Of a stretch of DNA of 64,000 bases, positions 57,384-64,000 are shown piece by piece. Positions within the stretch are counted from its first letter, which is position 1; every line of letters starts with the position of its first letter. The DNA comes from an uncultured bacterium (GTDB lineage: Bacteria; Actinomycetota; Coriobacteriia; Coriobacteriales; Coriobacteriaceae). The stretch spans positions 3,525-67,524 of the forward strand of contig CAJMMA010000005.1 in the NCBI GenBank assembly GCA_905214435.1, read 5' to 3'. The notes under the pieces are model-generated. The model was not told where the DNA came from. It ran no database searches and saw only the letters and a program-made list of their open reading frames with translations. Position numbers and translations under genes: made by a program.

Positions 57384-60065
57384 TTACTCTTTCTCCACGG
57401 CGCGCATGATCGCCTTGTAGATCTCCATCAGCGGGATGATCAGGAAGGCCAGGCCCAGGGCAGCGACAACGCCCTTGAGCTCAAGCGTCACGGGGCCAAA
57501 GAACATCTCGGCAAGCGTCGGCTGCACGGTCACGATCACCGTCAGCACCAGTGCCAGCGCGGCGGAAGCCCACAGCCACTTGTTCTGCTTCTTCATGGTG
57601 AACAGCGACGCACGACGGCTGCGCATATTGAAGCAGTGGAAAATCTCGACCATGTTGAGCGTGATGAACGCCATCATCACGCCTTCCTCGTCGGCATTGC
57701 CGGCGATCATATCGGCGATGTGGATGTAGCCCATGTCAAAGTACACGCCCACAAAGAAGCTCGCCAGCACCAGCGCGGTGATGATTAGGCCCTGGACCAC
57801 GCAGTCCAGACCCATATGTCCGGCAAAGACACCGTCCTTGGCGTTGCGCGGCTTGCGCTTCATGATGTCGCCCTCGGCATCCTCCATGCCCAGCGCGAGC
57901 GCGGGGAAGCAGTCGGTGACCAGGTTCACCCACAGCAGCTGCACCGGCTGGAAGATGGTAAAGCCGATGAGCGTGGCGATAAACACCGAGAACACCTCGG
58001 CAAGGTTGGCCGAAAGCAGGAACTGGATGACCTTGCGGATGTTGTCGTAGATGCGACGACCCTCTTCGCAGGCGCCGATGATGGTAGCGAAGTTGTCATC
58101 GGCAAGTACCATGTCGGCGACGTTCTTGGTGACGTCGGTACCGGTGATGCCCATACCAACGCCAATGTCGGCGCGCTTGATGGACGGGGCGTCGTTGACG
58201 CCGTCGCCCGTCATGGCCACGATCTGGTCGCGCGACTTCCAGGCCTCGACGATGCGTGTCTTGTGCTCGGGCTGGACGCGGGCGTACACGCCGTAGTCCT
58301 CGATGTGCGCGTCGAGTTCCTCGTCGCTCATGCGATCGAGGTCGGCACCGGTGATGGCCTGGCTGCGATCGGCGACGATGCCCAGCTGCTTGGCGATGGC
58401 CACGGCGGTGTCGATGTGGTCGCCCGTGATCATGACGGTGCGGATACCGGCGTCGTGCGCCTCGTGGATAGCGTCGGCCACCTCGGGACGGACCGGGTCG
58501 ATCATGCCGGACAGGCCACAGAAGACCAGGTCATGCTCGAGCGCAGCGGGGCTGCAGTCGTCGGGAACCTCGGTGTAGGTGCGGCTTGCCAGCGCCAGTA
58601 CGCGCAGGGCCTCGTCGGCCATGGCCTTGTTGGCCGCCACGAGCTCGGCGCGGCGCTCCTCGGTCAGGGGGACGACCTTATCGCCCTCGTAGATATGGGT
58701 GCACAGGCCGATCACCACGTCGGGCGCACCCTTGGTGTACTGCTCGTACTCGCCATCCAGGGTCTCGACGACCACGGACATCATCTTGCGGCCCGAGTCA
58801 AACGGGGCCTCGCCCACGCGCGGATGCTCGGCAGTCAGGCCAGTGAGGCCCGCCTTGCCGGCGTCGTTGACGAGCGCGCACTCAGTCGGCTCGCCCACGG
58901 CCTCGCCCAGCTCCTCGTCCCACTGAGCATCGGAGCACAGCGCCATGCCGGCCAGGAACTTCTCCTTGGGCGCAGCGAGCTCGTGCTTGACGACGGTCAT
59001 CTTGTTCTGGGTAAGGGTACCGGTCTTGTCGGAGCAGATGGTCTGCGTGCAGCCAAGGGTCTCGACGGCAGAGAGCTTGCGGATAATCGCCTGGCGCTTG
59101 GCCATCTTGGTCACGCCGAGCGAAAGGACGATGGTCACGACGGCGACCAGGCCCTCGGGAATGGCGGCGACGGCAAGCGAGACGGCGACCATAAAGGTGT
59201 CGAGCAGGGCAGTCGGGTCGGTGAGGACATTGCCCACGCCGTGGCGGAGGATGTCAACGCCAAAGATCACGACGCAGATGACGATCACCATAATGGTAAG
59301 GATGCGGCTGAGCTCGGCGAGCTTCACCTGCAACGGCGTGAGCTCCTCCTTGGCCTCGGCCAGGGCGCCGGCGATCTTACCCATCTCGGTGTTCATGCCG
59401 GTGCCGACCACGACGGCGCGGCCACGGCCGTATACCACGGTGGAACCCATGTAGCACATGTTCTTGCGGTCGCCGAGCGGCACGTCATCGGTGCCCGCGG
59501 CAAGCTCGATCACGTTGGCGTGCTTCTCTACGGGCACGGACTCGCCGGTGAGCGCGGCCTCTTCGATCTTCATCGTGGCGCTCTCGAGCACGCGGCAGTC
59601 GGCCGGGACGGAGTCGCCCGCCTCGAGCATGATCACGTCGCCGGGCACGAGCTCGGCGCTCGGCAGGTGCACGAGCTTGCCGTCGCGCAGCACCTTGGAC
59701 TGCGCCGCACTCATCTCCTGCAGGGCCTCGAGGGCCTCCTCGCTCTTGGCTTCCTGGACCACGCCCAGCACCGAGTTGACGATAACGACGAACATGATGA
59801 TGGCAACATCGGCAAAGTCGGGCTCGCCCTTGACCATGCCCGTGAGCGCACTGATGACGGCGGCAACGATCAGCATGATGACCATGGGGTCGGCCATCTG
59901 CTCAAAGAAACGCTTCCACAGCGGCGTCTTCTCGGCTTCCTCGAGCTTGTTAGGGCCTGTCTTGGCAAGGCGCGAAGACGCCTCGTCGTTGCTCAGGCCG
60001 AGGTTCTCATCGACACCTTGGTCGCTGAGCACCTCCGCCGCGGCGGACAGGTATTCCTTTTGCAT
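57384..60065 (-). CDS. P-type cation-transporting ATPase (Ca2+-ATPase-like, P2 type)
   Basis: 893 aa. Phosphorylation site ICSDKTGTLTQNKM, TGES, MITGDH and VAMTGDGVNDAPS(I)K, with 10-TM topology and a cation_ATPase_N-type N-terminus. Confidence 0.9.
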   Translation of the reverse strand: MQKEYLSAAAEVLSDQGVDENLGLSNDEASSRLAKTGPNKLEEAEKTPLWKRFFEQMADPMVIMLIVAAVISALTGMVKGEPDFADVAIIMFVVIVNSVLGVVQEAKSEEALEALQEMSAAQSKVLRDGKLVHLPSAELVPGDVIMLEAGDSVPADCRVLESATMKIEEAALTGESVPVEKHANVIELAAGTDDVPLGDRKNMCYMGSTVVYGRGRAVVVGTGMNTEMGKIAGALAEAKEELTPLQVKLAELSRILTIMVIVICVVIFGVDILRHGVGNVLTDPTALLDTFMVAVSLAVAAIPEGLVAVVTIVLSLGVTKMAKRQAIIRKLSAVETLGCTQTICSDKTGTLTQNKMTVVKHELAAPKEKFLAGMALCSDAQWDEELGEAVGEPTECALVNDAGKAGLTGLTAEHPRVGEAPFDSGRKMMSVVVETLDGEYEQYTKGAPDVVIGLCTHIYEGDKVVPLTEERRAELVAANKAMADEALRVLALASRTYTEVPDDCSPAALEHDLVFCGLSGMIDPVRPEVADAIHEAHDAGIRTVMITGDHIDTAVAIAKQLGIVADRSQAITGADLDRMSDEELDAHIEDYGVYARVQPEHKTRIVEAWKSRDQIVAMTGDGVNDAPSIKRADIGVGMGITGTDVTKNVADMVLADDNFATIIGACEEGRRIYDNIRKVIQFLLSANLAEVFSVFIATLIGFTIFQPVQLLWVNLVTDCFPALALGMEDAEGDIMKRKPRNAKDGVFAGHMGLDCVVQGLIITALVLASFFVGVYFDMGYIHIADMIAGNADEEGVMMAFITLNMVEIFHCFNMRSRRASLFTMKKQNKWLWASAALALVLTVIVTVQPTLAEMFFGPVTLELKGVVAALGLAFLIIPLMEIYKAIMRAVEKE

Positions 60066-60129
60066 ATAGAGTCCCCTCCTGGGATTCGGGCCACTCAGCA
60101 GATTGATGCCCGATCATAATTCCCAGGAG
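60066..60129 (-). promoter_or_regulatory. 5' leader hairpin that pairs with the Shine-Dalgarno sequence of the P-type ATPase gene
   Basis: Minus-strand reading: CTCCTGGGAatt-(31-nt loop with an internal GGGC/GCCC stem)-gaaTCCCAGGAGgggactctatATG. A 9-bp perfect stem covers the AGGAG of the SD. Confidence 0.45.
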
Positions 60130-60507
60130 AAGGGCAAGGGCTCATCAAGGCTGCCGTGCTGAGCGGCAGTTGATAGTGGAGCTATGGTACCCCAAAGCGA
60201 CGCGTCTAGCCAAAACAATCGGTTTGGAAATATGGTCCGCACGCAACGGTGCAGACCGTGTGATGCTCAACATTGGTAAAACGTTTTTTCTTCGGCACAT
60301 CGCCAAACTGACATATCGCCCAGATAGCAGCGGTTGGAGTGGTTGGTAAAGATTTTCCATATACCGTTTTTCCCGCAAAAAATGAACTTCCATTTCGGCA
60401 TACGGTCGTTTTTTTGGGGTATTCGGTCGGCATTTCGTTATAATCATCTCGGTTTTATTTCTTATGGTTTATCTATCAGCGCAAGACGATGTCAGATGGA
60501 GGTCTGA

Positions 60508-61968
60508 ATGTACAAGCGCACTAAGATTGTATGCACCATGGGTCCCGCCTGCGATAGCGACGAGACCATCCGCGAGATGATCAAGGCGGGCATGAACGTC
60601 GCCCGTTTTAACTTCTCGCACGGCTCCTACGACGAGCACCACGGTCGCATCGAGCGCGTCCGCCGTATTTCCAAGGAGCTCGGTCTGCCTGTCGGCATCC
60701 TGCTCGACACCAAGGGCCCCGAGGTCCGCACCGGCCTTCTGGTCGACGGCAAGAAGGTTGCCGTCAAGACCGGCGATAAGATCGTCGTCACCGCTCAGCC
60801 TACGTCCGAGGATTTCCACGGCACCGCTGAGCACATCTCCCTCGACTACCTGGCTCTGCCCTCCGAGGTCGAGAAGGGCTCCCTCATCCTGATCGATGAC
60901 GGCCTGGTTGCCCTCGAGGTCGAGTCCGTCGACGGCCAGGACATGACCTGCGTCGTCAAGAATGACGGCCTGATCGGCGAGCGCAAGGGCGTCAACATGC
61001 CCAACGTCAACATCTCGCTGCCCGCCATCACCGAGCGCGATCGTCAGGACATCCTCTTTGGCCTGACCGAGAACATCGACTACATCGCCGCTTCCTTCAT
61101 CCGTGACGGCGAGTCCGTCCGTGGCATCCGCAAGCTTTGCCGCGAGAACGGCGGCGAGCACGTGACGATCTTCCCGAAGATCGAGTGCGCCCTGGGCGTC
61201 GAGAACTTCGACGAGATCCTCGAGGCTTCCGACGGCATCATGGTCGCCCGTGGCGACCTGGGCATCGAGATCAAGCCCGAGCTCGTTCCCCACATCCAGA
61301 AGGAGATCATCGCCAAGTGCAACGCGGCCTACAAGCCCGTCATCACTGCTACGCAGATGCTCGACTCCATGCAGCAGAACCCGCGCCCGACGCGCGCCGA
61401 GGTTGCCGACGTTGCTAACGCCATCTACGACGGCACCGACGCCGTTATGCTCTCTGGCGAGTCCGCTGCCGGTAAGTACCCGGTCGAGGCCGTCAAGATG
61501 CAGGCCAGCATCGCTCTCGAGACCGAAAAGTACCTCCCGGCCCACGCTCCGCTCGAGGTTCCGGCCGACGCTCACGGCACCCGCGTCGTCAACAACGTTG
61601 TGGGTATGTCCGCTGTGAACATGGCCACCACCGTTGGCGCCAAGTGCATCACCGTGCCGACGACCACCGGTCGTACCGCACGCCTGATCTCGCACTTCCG
61701 TCCCAACATGCCGATCTGCGCGTTCTCCCGCCACGAGTGGGCCGTCCAGCAGATGATCATGTACTGGGGCGTTATCCCGCACCAGGCCGAGATTACCCAG
61801 GGCACCGTCAACGGCACGATCGTCAAGGCGATCGAGACCGCTAAGGAGCTCGGCTACGTCGAGGCCGGCGATCTGACCGTCGCTACCGCCGGCGATCCCC
61901 GCATGAGTGTTCAGCTCGAGGACAAGGTCTCCTCGACCAACGTCGCTTACGTCGCTCAGGTGCGCTAA
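60508..61968 (+). CDS. pyk: Pyruvate kinase
   Basis: MYKRTKIVCTMGPACDS..., MNVARFNFSHG, ...GIMVARGDLGIEI..., ...MLSGESAAGKYP... SD GGAGG lies 5 nt upstream of the ATG. Confidence 0.95.
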   Translation: MYKRTKIVCTMGPACDSDETIREMIKAGMNVARFNFSHGSYDEHHGRIERVRRISKELGLPVGILLDTKGPEVRTGLLVDGKKVAVKTGDKIVVTAQPTSEDFHGTAEHISLDYLALPSEVEKGSLILIDDGLVALEVESVDGQDMTCVVKNDGLIGERKGVNMPNVNISLPAITERDRQDILFGLTENIDYIAASFIRDGESVRGIRKLCRENGGEHVTIFPKIECALGVENFDEILEASDGIMVARGDLGIEIKPELVPHIQKEIIAKCNAAYKPVITATQMLDSMQQNPRPTRAEVADVANAIYDGTDAVMLSGESAAGKYPVEAVKMQASIALETEKYLPAHAPLEVPADAHGTRVVNNVVGMSAVNMATTVGAKCITVPTTTGRTARLISHFRPNMPICAFSRHEWAVQQMIMYWGVIPHQAEITQGTVNGTIVKAIETAKELGYVEAGDLTVATAGDPRMSVQLEDKVSSTNVAYVAQVR

Positions 61969-61996
61969 ATCGCACTTGCAAGCACGCTTGCATTGC

Positions 61997-62034
61997 AAAA
62001 GGGCCCGGAAGGCTTTGCCTTCCGGGCCCTTTTT
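61997..62034. terminator. Bidirectional intrinsic terminator between pyk and the convergent downstream gene
   Basis: aaaaGGGCCCGGAAGGC-ttt-GCCTTCCGGGCCCttttt. Confidence 0.85.
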
Positions 62035-62170
62035 AGACCTTCTTCGTATGCCGCATCATCGATTTGTGTTCAGTCGCAAGCCTCTCCGATGCCGAGCGCA
62101 CCACCGAAGACGCCCTGCGACGGGAGCCGTTGGTCAATTGGAATGAACTGTTCACCGTTAAGCCGGCCGG

Positions 62171-63019
62171 CTAGCAGCTAGCGATCAGGGGGACTGCGGG
62201 AACGTCAGAAGCAGCAACGCGAGCCGCAAATCCCGCCTCGGTCAGCTCGATGACCTCGGTAAACGTTGCATCGAAAAACTCCTCGGTTAGCAGGCGATAC
62301 GGCGGATGATCGGGCTCGCCGGGGTTTTCGCGTACAATCTCGTGCATGACGCCGATAGTCTTGAGCACATATTCTTTATGGATGGGATACTGCCCAAAAC
62401 GCGTCGCAGCGGTATAGAGGCGATCGGTCGCACGCGGAATGGAAACGATGCCCAGCGTCTTGCCAAACCAGTCAAAATCGCCCTGCTTTTTAATGCGGAA
62501 TTCCTCGCACGGCTTGCCGCCGTGTGCTTCCAGATACTGGTTCACACGCGTGTTCCATACCGTGTCGGCCACCAGATGCGACCAGACGCCCAGCGTTAAA
62601 TCGAGCAGCGACTGCGCCACATCTTCGGACGCAAGCGAGAACTCACAGGCGCCGGGACCGACAACCGGCTCGGCATCCCTGTAGCGCTGAGGATAGTGCA
62701 CGCGGTTCAGTCGCTCGCGCTCCTCGACAATCGAGGTAGCCTCAGCAGGTTCGCCCGCGGGTGCGCCTTTAAGCAGCGGCGCCACATAGGTATCCCAGAA
62801 CTCGTGCTCGCGCGGCTTAGGGATAGGCTCGGGCTTTGCAAAGTGCGTAATGCGATACGGAATGGGATCGGCGATGCCAGGGACCATATAGCCCACGAAG
62901 ATATCCGGAATCACGCAGCCAAACAAAAAGGCATTGCGGTCGCGCACGCTATCGGCAAGCACGCTAGCACGTGCCAGCAAGCGCTCCGTTTGAGCGATAT
63001 GAATGTTCCAGCTTGGCAT
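62171..63019 (-). CDS. Hypothetical protein, weakly zinc-dependent phospholipase C / P1-nuclease-like at the N-terminus
   Basis: MPSWNIHIAQTERLL... (W-x-x-H start) and later His/Asp-containing blocks (VWSHLVADTVWN) are reminiscent of the zinc PLC-like fold. Start taken at ATG 63019. Confidence 0.45.
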   Translation of the reverse strand: MPSWNIHIAQTERLLARASVLADSVRDRNAFLFGCVIPDIFVGYMVPGIADPIPYRITHFAKPEPIPKPREHEFWDTYVAPLLKGAPAGEPAEATSIVEERERLNRVHYPQRYRDAEPVVGPGACEFSLASEDVAQSLLDLTLGVWSHLVADTVWNTRVNQYLEAHGGKPCEEFRIKKQGDFDWFGKTLGIVSIPRATDRLYTAATRFGQYPIHKEYVLKTIGVMHEIVRENPGEPDHPPYRLLTEEFFDATFTEVIELTEAGFAARVAASDVPAVPLIASC

Positions 63020-63097
63020 AGCCACCCCCATAAAACCTGGTTAACTATACCATCACGGCAGAGTCGCACAGGCGGCCATACATACCCTACGCAGCAA

Positions 63098-63865
63098 CTA
63101 TTCCGCGGCGGCGCTCTCGGTTCCATACGATGGCACGGACGCCTCGACCACGTGATGATATCGGTCGATATAGATGGCGCGGGCACCCAGGCGTCGTACC
63201 AAATCCTGATGGTGTGTGCTCATTAAGACCGTCTTGCCGGCAGCAACATAAGCCAGCAAAAAGCTGACCACGATGTCGCACGAATCCTCATCGAGTCCGT
63301 TGGTAGGCTCGTCGAGCACCAGGATATCGGGGTTCATCGACACGACGGCCGCCAGCCCCACACGCTTTTTTTGCCCGCCCGATAGCTGATAGGGAGAGGC
63401 ATCGGCCAGGTCGGCAACCTGGAACAGCTCCATGGCATCGCGAACGCGGCACTTGAGCTCGTCTGTCGACAGCCCCATTTGAGCCGGACCAAACGCGACC
63501 TCCTCGCCTACCGTGGCGCAAAACAGCTGGGCATCGGCATTTTGAAACACGAAGCCTACGCGCTGGTGAAAGCGCTGGGAAGCCACGGAATCCTTTAGAA
63601 ATGTTGCATCGATCACGTGCCCGTCAAACAGGTATGCCCCTGCGTCCGCGAGTTCAAGACCGTTAATAAGGCGCATGATCGTCGTCTTGCCGCAGCCATT
63701 CGGGCCAAGCAGGGCAACGAGCTCGCCACGATCGACCTGCAGCGACACACCATCGACAACCGTATGCCCCGCATAGGAAAACACCACGTCGCGTAGCTCG
63801 ATGAGCGGCGCGACCTCGGCGCCCGCACCGTTCGTGCCCGCCGCATTATTCATATCAATCGTCAA
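63098..63865 (-). CDS. ABC transporter ATP-binding protein, ECF/CbiO-type
   Basis: Walker A LLGPNGCGKTT, signature LSGGQKKRV, Walker B ILVLDEPT. The size and sequence style match EcfA/CbiO. Confidence 0.85.
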   Translation of the reverse strand: MTIDMNNAAGTNGAGAEVAPLIELRDVVFSYAGHTVVDGVSLQVDRGELVALLGPNGCGKTTIMRLINGLELADAGAYLFDGHVIDATFLKDSVASQRFHQRVGFVFQNADAQLFCATVGEEVAFGPAQMGLSTDELKCRVRDAMELFQVADLADASPYQLSGGQKKRVGLAAVVSMNPDILVLDEPTNGLDEDSCDIVVSFLLAYVAAGKTVLMSTHHQDLVRRLGARAIYIDRYHHVVEASVPSYGTESAAAE

Positions 63866-63908
63866 AACGTCGCCCTTCCCTATTCACATCAACAGCCCGC
63901 CGTCCGCA

Positions 63909-64000
63909 CTACAGCACAGCGCACAGCACCGCAAACAGCGCCACGGCGACCGCATAAACCGCATCGCGCCAGCTCAGTCCGCTCCGTGCGGGCGCCGGAT
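63909..64000 (-). CDS. C-terminal end of a membrane protein (possible ECF T/CbiQ component), cut by the window edge
   Basis: The open frame reading ...PAPARSGLSWRDAVYAVAVALFAVLCAVL-stop ends 43 nt upstream of the ABC ATPase gene. Only 30 codons are visible. Confidence 0.35.
   Translation of the reverse strand, partial: PAPARSGLSWRDAVYAVAVALFAVLCAVL

Noticed and set aside
57816-60119. 767-aa plus-strand ORF
   Set aside because: It is antisense to the P-type ATPase gene and is a shadow frame.
60066-60300. yybP-ykoY (Mn2+) or M-box (Mg2+) riboswitch before the P-type ATPase
   Set aside because: I could not find the conserved GGGGAGUAG / UUGACAUA type blocks or M-box features by eye. Only a weak resemblance (uuGGGGUAcc) is present.
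60469-61998. 509-aa minus-strand ORF
   Set aside because: It is antisense to pyruvate kinase, which has clear family motifs and an SD. It is a shadow frame.

Overview
High-GC (roughly 60%) chromosomal segment. Its protein content looks like a Coriobacteriia-type Actinomycetota genome, but that is inference only because no database search was possible. I support about 60 protein genes, almost all on the minus strand. They include a nickel-pincer/lactate-racemase (lar) cluster at the left edge and housekeeping genes (ppc, hisS, htpG, serS, proC, rlmH, tatD-rsmA-metG-rsmI, rsgA, pyk). There is also a tandem pair of YhgE/Pip membrane proteins, a BY-kinase/phosphatase triad, two OmpR-type two-component systems flanking an orphan pstB, and a D,D-carboxypeptidase. 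A complete Tad/Flp pilus locus (46.1-55.7 kb) sits next to a small toxin-antitoxin pair, followed by a P-type ATPase and an ECF/Cbi ABC ATPase. Six tRNA genes are present: Ser-GCT, three Arg-ACG, Leu-CAG and Phe-GAA. I saw no rRNA, CRISPR array, transposase, integrase or phage genes. The most unusual signal is non-coding. Four copies of a ~100-nt GC-rich three-hairpin element are each fused, exactly inside the T-loop, to a duplicated tRNA 3' end plus terminator (Arg twice, Leu, and a diverged version at Phe). Each is bounded on the other side by an inverted T-loop motif. A second family of nested palindromes with a conserved core and variable but complementary outer arms sits in several intergenic regions. 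Other points of interest are a larC gene that stops after the N-terminal domain, an aquaglyceroporin whose second NPA box reads NQA, an orphan pstB, an SD-sequestering leader hairpin before the P-type ATPase, and a large orphan 813-aa protein between tRNA genes. The long ORFs antisense to real genes are treated as GC-driven shadow frames.
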